A DNA stretch of 64,000 nt, taken from positions 19,967-83,966 of the forward strand of contig CACYCR010000160.1 of the NCBI GenBank assembly GCA_902772935.1, given 5' to 3'. Positions 17,991-27,819 of this stretch are shown one piece after another. The stretch comes from Oscillospiraceae bacterium. GTDB taxonomy: Bacteria > Bacillota > Clostridia > Oscillospirales > Acutalibacteraceae. The notes below the pieces were generated by a model that did not search any database, was not told the origin of the DNA, and saw only the letters and a list, made by a program, of their open reading frames with translations. How positions within the stretch are numbered: position 1 is the stretch's first letter; the number at the start of each line of letters is the position of its first letter. The translations under genes and the position numbers were made by a program.

Positions 17991-18881
17991 TTACACCGGC
18001 AGGTCCTGTTCGCGCATGCACTGCAGCAGCACGGCCTCGTGCTCCGGTTCCATCTTCGTCAGCGGCAGGCGCACATAGTTCTCGCAGAAACCAAGCGCAG
18101 CCATCGCAGCCTTGACAGGAATCGGATTGACTTCGCAGAAGAGCGCTTTGATGAGGTCGAACATCTCACACTGCATCGCCATAGCGCCCTTGACATCGCC
18201 GGCAAAATACTTTTCACACAGTTCGACGGTCTTCTTCGGCAGCACATTGGACAGCACCGAAATGACGCCTTTGCCGCCGCAGGCCAGCAACGGCACGATC
18301 TGGTCGTCGTTGCCGGAGTACAGATCCAGCTTGTCGCCGACGAGCGCCATCGTTTCCACGATCTTCGCGATGTTGGAATTGGCTTCCTTGATGCCGGTGA
18401 TCATCGGGTGCTCCGCCAGACGCGCATAGGTCTGCGGCTCAATGTTGACGCCTGTACGGGACGGCACGTTGTAAAGAATGACCGGCTTTGTGCTGGCATC
18501 CGCAATCGCAGTGAACATTTCCACCAGACCGTTCTGTGTCGCTTTGTTGTAATACGGCGTCACAACGAGCATGGCGTCGCAGCCAACCTCACAGGCATAT
18601 TTCGTCAGAGAGATCGCGTACGCCGTATCGTTGGAACCGGTACCCGCAATGACAGGTACGCGGCCGTTCACGACCTCAACCGCGTATTTCAGCGTTTCAC
18701 GGTGTTCTTCATCGGTGAGAGTGGAACCTTCGCCGGACGTGCCGCAGATAACGAGCGCGTTGATGCCTTCGGCGATCTGCCACTCAATGACTTCCTTCAG
18801 CTTCGGAAAATCAACGCCGGTTTCCGTCAACGGGGTGATGAGCGCGGTTGCTGCGCCTTGAAATACAGATTGCTTCTTCAT
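17991..18881 (-). CDS. dapA: 4-hydroxy-tetrahydrodipicolinate synthase
   Basis: ATG at 18881 after GGAGATC. GAATALITP, CGTSGEGSTL and TPYYNK motifs. Confidence 0.92.
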   Translation of the reverse strand: MKKQSVFQGAATALITPLTETGVDFPKLKEVIEWQIAEGINALVICGTSGEGSTLTDEEHRETLKYAVEVVNGRVPVIAGTGSNDTAYAISLTKYACEVGCDAMLVVTPYYNKATQNGLVEMFTAIADASTKPVILYNVPSRTGVNIEPQTYARLAEHPMITGIKEANSNIAKIVETMALVGDKLDLYSGNDDQIVPLLACGGKGVISVLSNVLPKKTVELCEKYFAGDVKGAMAMQCEMFDLIKALFCEVNPIPVKAAMAALGFCENYVRLPLTKMEPEHEAVLLQCMREQDLPV

Positions 18882-18927
18882 GGGTCTGATCTCCTTTACA
18901 AATAAATAATGAATTACCCGAATCAAC

Positions 18928-19152
18928 AAAAAAATGACCGAGGTCCGGCCATTATAATAAGACATAGCAAGCTATGCGTCATCAATTATAATAGCACTCC
19001 GCAAGAACTGCGACAGTCGCACGTCTCTTATTCCGTGCGCCCAGAATGTCGTTCGCCTGACACCTTCGGCGACTCTCCCTTTTTCCTACGGAAAACGCTG
19101 CGAACGTCTTTGTTGCACCCGTCGGATACTGATGAGAAATCGCGCCTCTATC
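18928..19152 (-). promoter_or_regulatory. Lysine riboswitch (L-box) with an intrinsic-terminator expression platform
   Basis: The minus strand reads AGAGGCGCGATTTCTCATCAGTA...GGAAAAAGGGAGAGTCGCCGAAGG...CTGGGCGCACGG...GACTGTCGCAG. This aligns by eye with the B. subtilis lysC L-box core (AGAGGTGCGA.., GAAAGGGGAGCGTCGCCGAAG, CTGGCCGTGCA..GGCTGTCAAG). A terminator follows at 18928-18952: AUGGCCG/CGGUCAU stem plus a 6-U run. Confidence 0.8.
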
Positions 19153-19296
19153 TAATTGCATATTCGGTTGTTCCACTCCGACTCAGCTGAATCGAAACGG
19201 TAGTATTAGCATATCATGTTATGCAGGAATTGTCAATATTTTTGGTACTTTTATTAGAAAAAAATTTTGCTTTTTTGTTGAAGGTGGTGAAATGCA

Positions 19297-20046
19297 TTGT
19301 TTGCTGCAGTCGAACTTCTGCCGCGCGGCACCCGTCTGTCGCGATCGCAAAAGGCAACCGCGGTGCAGCGTGTGCCGCTTGCAAACGCATTTTCGTTTTA
19401 CCGCATCACTCTGAAACAACATGCAGCAGACCTCCCGTGGCGCCGGCTTTCCCGTTTGGCCGGCCCGCTGAAAACACGGCTGCTGCTGCCGGACGGATGG
19501 ACACCGCCCGCAAACAGCGGCCTTACCGTTTTTCATCCGCAGAAGCTGCCGGTGATCGCGTTGGTCAATGCAGCGGCAAAAGCAATTGCAGCACAGAATC
19601 TTCCGGCGACAAAACTGCGCGTCGCGGTCATTGACGAAGCCGGTGTCGCTGTCAATGCAGTGGAACAGCTTGCGCCGTCGGCGGCATCTCTGACCGTTGT
19701 GACAAAAAGAAGAGAGCGGTATCTTCATCTGGAAAAGCAGATCATGTCCCGTTACGGCATTTCGCTGCTGCTCACAGCCGCAAGCGCGCGTCTGTGTGAA
19801 AGCACCGTGCTCATCGCGCCGGACGCCGCCGCGGTGCCGCTGGCCTATGACGGGCTTTTGCTGACGAATACGCCGGTGCGCCGCATGAATGCAACCGTGC
19901 GCGTCTCCCTGCCGCCGGTTCTGCCCCCGGGTGTCGAGGCGCTGCGCTCACCGGGCATCGACCCGCTGCTGTTTGCATCGGCGCTTTTTGAGTGCTGCGC
20001 AAACCGTACGCTGGAAACGCTCGCAATGTCCCTGCCGCCCATATAA
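19297..20046 (+). CDS. Hypothetical protein
   Basis: TTG start 7 nt after AAGGTGGTGA. 249-aa frame with host-like composition. No motif recognised. Confidence 0.45.
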   Translation: MFAAVELLPRGTRLSRSQKATAVQRVPLANAFSFYRITLKQHAADLPWRRLSRLAGPLKTRLLLPDGWTPPANSGLTVFHPQKLPVIALVNAAAKAIAAQNLPATKLRVAVIDEAGVAVNAVEQLAPSAASLTVVTKRRERYLHLEKQIMSRYGISLLLTAASARLCESTVLIAPDAAAVPLAYDGLLLTNTPVRRMNATVRVSLPPVLPPGVEALRSPGIDPLLFASALFECCANRTLETLAMSLPPI

Positions 20047-20108
20047 AAAAGCAGTCCAAGGCGTGATGCCCTGAACTGCTTTTCTGTTTCTTTTTGCTGT
20101 TCGGTACC

Positions 20109-21221
20109 TCATCGGAGAATCGTGTCAATCACCCGCTGCGTATGGTTTCGTTCGTAATCATCAAAATTGAATGCACAGAACCGTGCCGTTTTTTCTGTGT
20201 CCGGCGGTGCGGCAACCGCCTGCAGCAGCGACGAAAAATCTGTCACGACCGGTCCCGGCACATAGGACGCATAGTCAAAATAGAAGTCGCGCTCCGCCGC
20301 GTACCGTTCAAGATCGAAGGCATAGAACACGGTTTTCTTTCCGAGAACGGCAAAATCCATGCAGATGGATGAGTAGTCGGTGATCAGGATGTCGCATGCA
20401 GCAACCAGCAGTGAAACATCATCAAAATCCGTCACATCAAGCGCGCCCACAACTTCGCGGGCGGCCGGGTGTACCTGCGGATGCAGACGAACCAAAAGTG
20501 TGTGGCTGTCACCCAATGCCGCATGGAAGGCCTCAACATCGAAATGTGACAACAGCGTTTCGTTCTGTGCCGGCGTTTCACGGAAGGTCGGCGCATACAG
20601 CACCAGTGTTTTTCCTGTCAGTGCCGGAAAGCGCTCACACAGCTGCGCCTTTGCTTTTTCCCCTGCGCCGGGCGCAAGCAGCGCATCCAGACGCGGCGCA
20701 CCGAGCGGCAGAACCTGCTTTGCCGATACGCCGAAGGCTTCGGCATAATAGGGTACGACGTTTTTTGACGAGCAGACGACCCAGGTCAGTTTTCGGTTCG
20801 CGGCGATCTCATGCGCACGGACAGCCGGCGGCTGATCGATGGCGAGTCCGAATTTTTTGAACACGCCCTCCGCGTGCCAGAGCTGCGTGATCACCACATC
20901 GTCACGAAAGTGCAAAAGTCCCAGCGGCAGAAAGTTGTCGTTGAGAAAAACATACTTTGCCGTTGCGAGCTCGTGTGAGGAAACAAAGAAAAAATGCAGA
21001 ATCCGACCGATGTTTTTCGGGGACACCATCAGATCACGCCGCGTCAGAAAAACGGTCTCGAACCGCCCGTCCTTCTGTAGGGCTGTGCTGACCGCGCCGA
21101 GGGAATCGTGGAAGCCCTCATTATGCATGGACAAAAACGCGACCCGGTTTTCCTTTAGCGGAAACAACAGCCGGTTCAGGTGAAACAACAGTGCAAACAC
21201 ATGATAGAACAACCGCTTCAT
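20109..21221 (-). CDS. CDP-glycerol glycerophosphotransferase (TagB/TagF family)
   Basis: LVLYAPTFRE and ILITDYSSICMDFAVLGKKTVFYAFD signatures. The ATG at 21221 overlaps the upstream stop (ATGA), with GGAGG 8 nt upstream. Confidence 0.8.
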   Translation of the reverse strand: MKRLFYHVFALLFHLNRLLFPLKENRVAFLSMHNEGFHDSLGAVSTALQKDGRFETVFLTRRDLMVSPKNIGRILHFFFVSSHELATAKYVFLNDNFLPLGLLHFRDDVVITQLWHAEGVFKKFGLAIDQPPAVRAHEIAANRKLTWVVCSSKNVVPYYAEAFGVSAKQVLPLGAPRLDALLAPGAGEKAKAQLCERFPALTGKTLVLYAPTFRETPAQNETLLSHFDVEAFHAALGDSHTLLVRLHPQVHPAAREVVGALDVTDFDDVSLLVAACDILITDYSSICMDFAVLGKKTVFYAFDLERYAAERDFYFDYASYVPGPVVTDFSSLLQAVAAPPDTEKTARFCAFNFDDYERNHTQRVIDTILR

Positions 21222-22516
21222 CGTTTGTGCCTCCATTTCAGCAGACGGTCAACCACCTTAGCGGTGACACCGGGTGCCGGCAAGCCTGCCCGATACAACA
21301 GCTGCAGTACACCGGGCTCATATACCGGCAGTACGCCGCAATGCAGCACATGCGCCGCTTTCGGGGAAGCGTCCCGATTGACATGCACATTCGGCAGCGC
21401 AAGGATCTCTTCCGGCAGATCGGCTGCCGCCCGCGGGGTCAACAGCAGTTCAAATAAAGGGCTGCTTTGCAAAAACAACGCCTTTGCCGCTTCTGCAGTG
21501 CAGGTTTTTGTCACGACAACAGATGTCATCGGATGTGCCGCCGCTTCCGTGCGGGATCCGCAGGGCGCTGTCAGGTTCAGATCGGGGTTCGCTTTACAGA
21601 TCGAAATGACCTGCTGCGCCGACAATTGCGGCAGCAGCGCACAGATCTGTGCAGTGCAAAGGGCAAGCGCCTCCTCGCTCATATGCCAAAGTTCCCGGTA
21701 AAACTGAGAAGCAAGAATGTGCAGATGTTTATAGATGATTTCCTGCAAATACGCACGGTCCGTTTTTCCAGCGCGTGAAAGTGCCGCCTCGGCAGACGCA
21801 TAAATGTGTTTCATCGAGCCGTCAAGGCTTTCGAGATTTTTGACGTTAGCCGTCTGACTGACGGAAAGCCCTTCCGCCGCTGTGTGCCGCCGGTAGTAGA
21901 CGACGCTTTCTGCCGTACCGGCGATGACAGCGCCCGCATAGACCGCATCCATGAAAAACGCGCCCTCTTCGGAAAAGCCCGTTGCCGGGAAGCGAATGTC
22001 ATGTATGGAAAGGAACGCCCGGCGGTAACACTTGTTGCTGACAAGGAAGTTCCACAGCAGACGCTTGTCAAATATATCCATGGCCGTTTCTTTTGCAAGT
22101 TCATCTGCCATGGCGTGAAAGCCGGTCTCTTTCCCGTTCTCCACCATGCACAATCGGCCGAGGATCACGTCCGCGTTTGTTTTTTCAGCGCAGGCAGCAA
22201 ACGCCGACAACGTGTCCGGCGCATAATAGTCATCCGCATCAAGAAAGGTAACGTAAAGACCTGTCGCCGCGGCAAGTGCATTGTTGCGTGCGGCGGAAAC
22301 GCCCTGGTTCTCCTGTGTGATGCAGCGAAGATTCGGATGCGTTTTTCGGTACGCAGCGAGGATGTCGCCGGTTCCGTCGGACGAGCCGTCATCGACAACA
22401 ACAACTTCGATGTCCTGCAGCGTCTGCGCAAAAAGAGAATCGAGTGCCTGCGGCAAAAACCGCTCGCTGTTATACGCCGGAACGATCACGGAAATGCGCG
22501 GTGTACCGTCGCTCAT
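21218..22516 (-). CDS. Family 2 glycosyltransferase with a C-terminal extension of about 200 aa
   Basis: ISVIVPAYNSERFLPQALDSL...VVVVDDGSSDGT and FLDADDY motifs. The start at 22516 overlaps the upstream stop (ATGA). Confidence 0.8.
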   Translation of the reverse strand: MSDGTPRISVIVPAYNSERFLPQALDSLFAQTLQDIEVVVVDDGSSDGTGDILAAYRKTHPNLRCITQENQGVSAARNNALAAATGLYVTFLDADDYYAPDTLSAFAACAEKTNADVILGRLCMVENGKETGFHAMADELAKETAMDIFDKRLLWNFLVSNKCYRRAFLSIHDIRFPATGFSEEGAFFMDAVYAGAVIAGTAESVVYYRRHTAAEGLSVSQTANVKNLESLDGSMKHIYASAEAALSRAGKTDRAYLQEIIYKHLHILASQFYRELWHMSEEALALCTAQICALLPQLSAQQVISICKANPDLNLTAPCGSRTEAAAHPMTSVVVTKTCTAEAAKALFLQSSPLFELLLTPRAAADLPEEILALPNVHVNRDASPKAAHVLHCGVLPVYEPGVLQLLYRAGLPAPGVTAKVVDRLLKWRHKR

Positions 22517-23283
22517 CCGAAGAACCCCCATTTCAAAAAGTAGGTCAGAATGGATTTGATGTGAATCAGCAGCAGCTTTTTGCTCTTTTTGCTGCCGCGC
22601 TCCCAAAGGTGATAGACATCAGCCATCGGATAATGCAGAACCTCATATTTTTCTGCGGCACGGCGTGCAATATCGCAGTCTTCCAGATACATGAAAAAGC
22701 GCTCATCAAAGCCGCCGAGTTCCAGAAATACCGCCGTCCGGAAGAACATGAAACAGCCTGTGGCGTTCGTAATGGGAAACGGCGCGTCCTGTGGCTTGTC
22801 GAGCATACAGTATTCGATCATGGTTTTCGAAGGCGTATCGCCCTTATGGAACCAATGGGAGCCAAGATAACGTACCGTGGGATTGCGTTTGCCAAGCTGC
22901 TGAATACGGCCGTCTTCAAAGCGGATCTGCGGCGACAGCAGACCAACCGTCTCATGCGCGTCGGCATAGGTGCAAAGCTGCGTGATCACGTCATCCTTCA
23001 GCAGAATATCCGGGTTGATGACCACATGATACTTCGAATCGAGGAACGGCAGCACCTTATTGTGCCCCGCGCCGAATCCGCAGTTCGTTTCACTTTCGAT
23101 CACGACCACCTGCGGAAAGCGTTCGCGAATGAACGCGGCGGTACCGTCGGTCGAGCAGTTGTCCACGACGTACAGCGTGAAATCCACGCCCGTCGTCTGC
23201 GTCAGGACGCTTTCAATCGTCTGTTCGATTTTGTCTTTGTTGTTATAGGTTACGATACAGCCGGAGACTTTATAAGTGTTCAT
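22513..23283 (-). CDS. Family 2 glycosyltransferase (rhamnosyltransferase-like)
   Basis: ATG at 23283 after GAGGTGAGAAGG. CIVTYNNKDKIEQTIESVL, VVDNCSTDGT and YLEDCD motifs. Confidence 0.82.
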   Translation of the reverse strand: MNTYKVSGCIVTYNNKDKIEQTIESVLTQTTGVDFTLYVVDNCSTDGTAAFIRERFPQVVVIESETNCGFGAGHNKVLPFLDSKYHVVINPDILLKDDVITQLCTYADAHETVGLLSPQIRFEDGRIQQLGKRNPTVRYLGSHWFHKGDTPSKTMIEYCMLDKPQDAPFPITNATGCFMFFRTAVFLELGGFDERFFMYLEDCDIARRAAEKYEVLHYPMADVYHLWERGSKKSKKLLLIHIKSILTYFLKWGFFG

Positions 23284-23293
23284 CCTTCTCACC

Positions 23294-23995
23294 TCATTTA
23301 CCGAAGAAGATGCGCAGTGCGAGATGGCGGACCAGATACCGCCGCCAATTGAGTTTCTGCGCGGTTGTGGTTTCACCGCCGGTCACGTTGCCGCCATGAA
23401 CACGGTAATAGATCAGCGGCGCGTCAATGAGCGCGACCTTACCGTAGACTTCACCCATCAGCCCGATCCACTGGTCGTGCATCGGAACGTATTTCGGCAT
23501 CGGCATGATCTTTTTGAGCAAGCTGCGGTCGAATGCCATGCAGCAGCCCATATAGGAGTTTTTGACGAGATTGCGCCAAAAGCCGCGCTTACTGCCGCGT
23601 GTTTCAAAAAAGCTGTAATCTGTGATGTTCAGATCTTTGTCCGTCACGTAGGCATTGTGCAGCACGAGCGTTGCGCCGCCGGCAAATGCTTCCATGACGC
23701 GCTTCACCTTGTCCGGCAGCCAGACATCGTCCTGATCACACAAAAAGATCTTGTCACCGCGGCAATGCCGGATTGCATTGACAAAGTTCGCAACCACGCC
23801 GTGTCCGCGCCCTTCGACATAGATCACACGAGGATCATCAGCCATGATACGGCGAACGATTTTTTCTGTCGCACCGCCGGGTTTGTCGTCTGAAACAATA
23901 ATCTCATCTCCATGCGACAGTTGCGGCAGAATGGACAGCAGCTGTTCTTCAATATAGGCCTCGCCTTTATATGCGGCAAGCGCAACGGAAATCAT
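23294..23995 (-). CDS. Family 2 glycosyltransferase
   Basis: ATG at 23995 after GGAGGGA. ISVALAAYKGEAYIEEQL, VSDDKPGG and LCDQDDVW (DxD-type) motifs. Confidence 0.78.
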   Translation of the reverse strand: MISVALAAYKGEAYIEEQLLSILPQLSHGDEIIVSDDKPGGATEKIVRRIMADDPRVIYVEGRGHGVVANFVNAIRHCRGDKIFLCDQDDVWLPDKVKRVMEAFAGGATLVLHNAYVTDKDLNITDYSFFETRGSKRGFWRNLVKNSYMGCCMAFDRSLLKKIMPMPKYVPMHDQWIGLMGEVYGKVALIDAPLIYYRVHGGNVTGGETTTAQKLNWRRYLVRHLALRIFFGK

Positions 23996-24027
23996 GGGCG
24001 TCCCTCCGTGATAATTGGTTATATGAT

Positions 24028-24056
24028 AGTATAGCACAGTTTTCGGGGAATGGCAA
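24028..24056 (-). promoter_or_regulatory. Sigma-A-type promoter of the glycosyltransferase operon
   Basis: The minus strand reads TTGCCA, 17-nt spacer, TATACT, with a TGc extended -10. Confidence 0.5.
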
Positions 24057-24114
24057 GCAAAAAGAAACAGGACTGTCCGCAGACAATCCTGTCGGTTATG
24101 ATGCAGAAAATACG

Positions 24115-24693
24115 TCAGCCGAGCAAATGCTTCAAAAGGATCTCCGCACCGATCAGCAGCAAAATGATCCCGCCGACAAGGGTCGCCTTGCCGGACAGCT
24201 TTTCCCCGATCCGGCGGCCGAGGAACAATCCGATCGAACAAAGGCCGAAGGTGACCACACTGATGATGAGCGCGCAGAGAAGCGCGGGCACAATCGCGTA
24301 AGAAGCAATCGTGAAACCGACGGAAAGCGCATCCAGCGCCGTTGCAACGCCTTGCAGCAGCAATGCGCCAAACGTCAGATCACCGACGGCCTCCGGCGGC
24401 TTGCGGCTGTCTGCAATCATTTTTCCGCCGATAAAGGCCAGCAAGACAAACGCAATCCACGGCACGACCTGCGTCAATGGAGAAAAAACGCGCACCAGCG
24501 TATGTACACAAAGCCAGCCGAGAAGCGGCATGAGCGCCTGAAAGAACGCGAAGGTTCCGGCAATCAGCAAACGGCGGCGTCGGCGCATCTGCGGATCATG
24601 CAGCCCGTTAGCAACCGAAACGGAAAATGCATCCATCGCAAGTCCGACACCGAGCAAAACGCTGTTCAGGAAAAAGGACCAATCAAGCGTCAA
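24115..24693 (-). CDS. mntP: Manganese efflux pump MntP
   Basis: TTG start after GGAGAGGTGA. MTLDWSFFLNSVLLGVGLAMDAFSVS... Six hydrophobic segments with duplicated DAFSV/DALSVG motifs. Confidence 0.85.
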   Translation of the reverse strand: MTLDWSFFLNSVLLGVGLAMDAFSVSVANGLHDPQMRRRRRLLIAGTFAFFQALMPLLGWLCVHTLVRVFSPLTQVVPWIAFVLLAFIGGKMIADSRKPPEAVGDLTFGALLLQGVATALDALSVGFTIASYAIVPALLCALIISVVTFGLCSIGLFLGRRIGEKLSGKATLVGGIILLLIGAEILLKHLLG

Positions 24694-26023
24694 CCGAAAT
24701 CACCTCTCCGACAAGATCCACGTCGCAAACGCCGGTGATCTTTGCGGTCACAAATTGTCCGGGCAGCAGCTCTTCCTCCGTGGAAAGAATCACCTGGCTG
24801 TCGATTTCCGCACAGTCCATGTATGTACGCCCGAGATAAAGCAGGTTCTCTTCATCGAATCCATCCACCAGAACGCGGAAGGTCTTTCCGACGTGCTGTT
24901 GCTGCCGATGCTCAAAGATCGGCTGTTGCTGCTGCATGATAAGGTCGGCACGGTGTCGCTTGGTTTCTTCATTAAGCTGTCCGTCCATTGCAGCGGCGGC
25001 AGTCCCCTCCTCCGGCGAATACGCAAAACAGCCGAGGCGGTCAAACTGCGCTTCTTCGACGAAGCGCGAAAGGGTTTCAAACTGCGCTGCGGTCTCGCCG
25101 GGGAAGCCGGTGATGAACGTCGTGCGGATCACAACACCGGGAATCCGTGCACGCAGCTTTTCGATCAGTGCAAGCAAAGATGCCTCGTCGCCGGCACGGT
25201 GCATGGCCCGCAGGATATCTTTGTCCGCATGCTGCAGCGGCAGGTCGATGTAATTGCAGATTTTGCCCTGTGAAGCGATCGTATCTATGAGTTCGTCGGT
25301 CAGGCAGTCGGGATAGCAATACAGCAACCGGATCCACGCGATGCCGTCTACCTTGCAAAGCTCGTTGAGCAGCGTTGGCAGCATCAGCTTTTTGTACCGG
25401 TCGATGCCGTACTTTGTGACGTCCTGCGCAATGACAACAAGCTCCTTCACGCCCTGCGCACCGAGCGATGCAGCTTCGGCAACAATGTCCTCGATGGCGC
25501 GGGAACGCAGCTTGCCGCGAATCGCGGGAATCGCGCAATAGGTGCAGTTATTGGAACAGCCTTCGGCGATTTTGAGATATGCGAAATGTGCCGGCGTAGA
25601 CAACAAACGGTCGCCGCTCATCGGCAGGTTGTATTTGTCAGGGAAATCGCAGATGCTGCCATCAGCAAGCAGCGCACGGCAGACGGCGACAATATCGTTG
25701 TTGCGGCCGAGGCCGATGATGCCGTCGATCTCCGGCAATTCCGCAAGGACCTCTTCCCGGTACCGTTCCGCGAGGCAGCCCGTCACCAGCAATTTTCCGA
25801 TCCGTCCTTCTTTTTTGAGTTCTCCGCAGGACAGGATGGTTTCGATCGCTTCGCGCTTTGCATCCTCAATGAAGCCGCAGGTGTTTACGATGACAAGATC
25901 GGCGCCGTCAATGTCGCCGACCAGTTCAAATTCGTCGTTGAGTTTTGCAAGCATGATCTCCGCGTCCACCTGATTCTTTGGGCAGCCGAGGGAGATCATG
26001 CCGATGGTCTTTTTTCGGTTCAT
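24683..26023 (-). CDS. rimO: Ribosomal protein S12 methylthiotransferase RimO
   Basis: ISLGCPKNQVDAE N-terminal cluster, radical-SAM CSNNCTYCAIP, and a C-terminal TRAM-like domain. The start overlaps the recX stop (ATGA). Confidence 0.87.
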   Translation of the reverse strand: MNRKKTIGMISLGCPKNQVDAEIMLAKLNDEFELVGDIDGADLVIVNTCGFIEDAKREAIETILSCGELKKEGRIGKLLVTGCLAERYREEVLAELPEIDGIIGLGRNNDIVAVCRALLADGSICDFPDKYNLPMSGDRLLSTPAHFAYLKIAEGCSNNCTYCAIPAIRGKLRSRAIEDIVAEAASLGAQGVKELVVIAQDVTKYGIDRYKKLMLPTLLNELCKVDGIAWIRLLYCYPDCLTDELIDTIASQGKICNYIDLPLQHADKDILRAMHRAGDEASLLALIEKLRARIPGVVIRTTFITGFPGETAAQFETLSRFVEEAQFDRLGCFAYSPEEGTAAAAMDGQLNEETKRHRADLIMQQQQPIFEHRQQQHVGKTFRVLVDGFDEENLLYLGRTYMDCAEIDSQVILSTEEELLPGQFVTAKITGVCDVDLVGEVISVDA

Positions 26024-26625
26024 TCCGTTTCCTCCAAAACTGCAGCGAGCGCCTCCTTGATCTCGCTGTAGGTATAGCCGTACCGCACCAGCGCGTTGAT
26101 GGTCCGGCGTACCCCGGCGTCATCGCCGAGCTGCCGCAGATACTTGCGCTCGATCAGCGCCACCAGATCGTCAGTCTCAAACGCCATGGCGTCCAGCGTG
26201 TCACGGATCACAGCGCGATCTACGCCTTTTTGCAAAAGTGCCTGCTCGATCCGGCACTTTCCGTATTGTTTGCTGCGCTGCAGCTCCGCGGCGTAAGCGG
26301 CAGCGAACCGCGCATCGTCAAGATAGCCAAGTTCCGCAAGGCGCTCCACCGCCTCTTCAGCGCCGTCGGCATAGCCTCTTTGACGCAGTTTGACCAGCAG
26401 TTCAGCGCGGCTGTGGTCCCGCCGAGCAAGCAGATCGCACGCCTTGTTGAACGCACGACGCACATGAACCTGCGCCGTCAATTCCGCCAGCGCGTCTTCT
26501 GTCAGCACTTCATTGTTTCGAAATCCGGAAAGCGCGAGAAAATCACGGTCCACCGTCATCCGGTATTCGCCGTCAAGAAACAGGTGGACCTTATTTTGCT
26601 TTCCTTCTTTAATTGTCAGGATCAT
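26020..26625 (-). CDS. recX: Recombination regulator RecX
   Basis: 201 aa. [19 protein letters not shown] repeat pattern. The start overlaps the recA stop (ATGA). Confidence 0.87.
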   Translation of the reverse strand: MILTIKEGKQNKVHLFLDGEYRMTVDRDFLALSGFRNNEVLTEDALAELTAQVHVRRAFNKACDLLARRDHSRAELLVKLRQRGYADGAEEAVERLAELGYLDDARFAAAYAAELQRSKQYGKCRIEQALLQKGVDRAVIRDTLDAMAFETDDLVALIERKYLRQLGDDAGVRRTINALVRYGYTYSEIKEALAAVLEETE

Positions 26626-27725
26626 TCGTCGTCATCCACGGCTATGTCGATCTTTGCCTTTGCGGCGGACGCCGAACGCACCGGGCGCGTGACCGCCTGC
26701 TTCGGTGCAGCCGGTTCTGTCGCCGCAGCACCGTCACGGCGGGCTTTCACCGCGGCAAAAATCTTTTCCTCGATCTCTGCGGCAAGCGCAGGCTCTTTTT
26801 CAAACAGCAGCTTCACGTTCTCACGGCCCTGACCGAGACGGGTTTCCCCGTAAGAGAACCAGGCGCCGCTCTTGTTGATGATGCCGTAGTCCACACCGAG
26901 ATCGACCAGCTCGCCGACCTTAGAAATGCCCGTGCCGTACATGATATCAAACATGGCCTCTTTGAATGGCGGCGAAACCTTGTTCTTGACAATCTTTGCG
27001 CGGGTACGGTTGCCGATGAGCTCCCCGCCGACGCCTTTGATCGCCTCCGTGCGGCGGACATCAATGCGGATGGAAGAATAAAACTTCAGAGCGCGTCCGC
27101 CGGTCGTGACCTCAGGATTGCCGTAAATCACGCCGACCTTTTCCCGCAGCTGATTGATGAAAATCACAAGGGTGTTGGACTTTGCAACAACACTGGTCAG
27201 CTTGCGCAGCGCCTGCGACATCAGCCGGGCGTGCAAACCGACATGGCTGTCACCCATTTCGCCTTCGATTTCCGCACGGGGCACCAGCGCAGCGACAGAG
27301 TCCACAACAATGATGTCCAGCGCGCCGGAACGGGCAAGCGCCTCCGTGATGGACAGCGCGTCTTCGCCGTTGTCCGGCTGCGAAACCAGAAGCGCATCCA
27401 CATCCACGCCGAGCGCTTTGGCGTAAACGGGATCCAGTGCGTGTTCCGCGTCAATGAACGCCGCTTCACCGCCGGCCCGCTGTGCCTCGGCGATGCAGTG
27501 CAGCGCAAGCGTGGTTTTACCGGAAGATTCCGGACCGTAGATTTCAACAACGCGGCCGCGCGGCAGGCCGCCGACGCCCGTTGCAATATCGAGTGCAACC
27601 GAACCGGTGTGAATCGCCTCCACGTTCAGTTCCGTCGCCTGACCGAGACGCATGATTGCGCCTTTGCCGTATTGTTTTTCGATCTGCGCCATTGCGGTTT
27701 CGAGCGCTGATTTTTTGTCTGCCAT
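26622..27725 (-). CDS. recA: Recombinase RecA
   Basis: [25 protein letters not shown]..., Walker [10 protein letters not shown] and the full RecA core. Confidence 0.97.
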   Translation of the reverse strand: MADKKSALETAMAQIEKQYGKGAIMRLGQATELNVEAIHTGSVALDIATGVGGLPRGRVVEIYGPESSGKTTLALHCIAEAQRAGGEAAFIDAEHALDPVYAKALGVDVDALLVSQPDNGEDALSITEALARSGALDIIVVDSVAALVPRAEIEGEMGDSHVGLHARLMSQALRKLTSVVAKSNTLVIFINQLREKVGVIYGNPEVTTGGRALKFYSSIRIDVRRTEAIKGVGGELIGNRTRAKIVKNKVSPPFKEAMFDIMYGTGISKVGELVDLGVDYGIINKSGAWFSYGETRLGQGRENVKLLFEKEPALAAEIEEKIFAAVKARRDGAAATEPAAPKQAVTRPVRSASAAKAKIDIAVDDDE

Positions 27726-27743
27726 GGGACACACTCCTTATCA

Positions 27744-27755
27744 GTACAAATGTTC
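27744..27755 (-). promoter_or_regulatory. Candidate LexA (Cheo-type) SOS box
   Basis: The minus strand reads GAACATTTGTAC, one mismatch to GAAC-N4-GTTC. It sits between the -10 element and the recA RBS. Confidence 0.4.
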
Positions 27756-27761
27756 CTCTTT

Positions 27762-27790
27762 ATTATATATCATGTTCCCGGAAAAATCAA
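27762..27790 (-). promoter_or_regulatory. Sigma-A-type promoter of recA
   Basis: The minus strand reads TTGATT, 17-nt spacer, TATAAT. Confidence 0.55.
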
Positions 27791-27819
27791 CTGTTTTTCC
27801 GGGAGATTTTAAAATAATT

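Noticed and set aside
24683-24720. yybP-ykoY manganese riboswitch upstream of mntP.
   Set aside because: The mntP start lies inside the 3' end of rimO, so there is no intergenic space for an aptamer.
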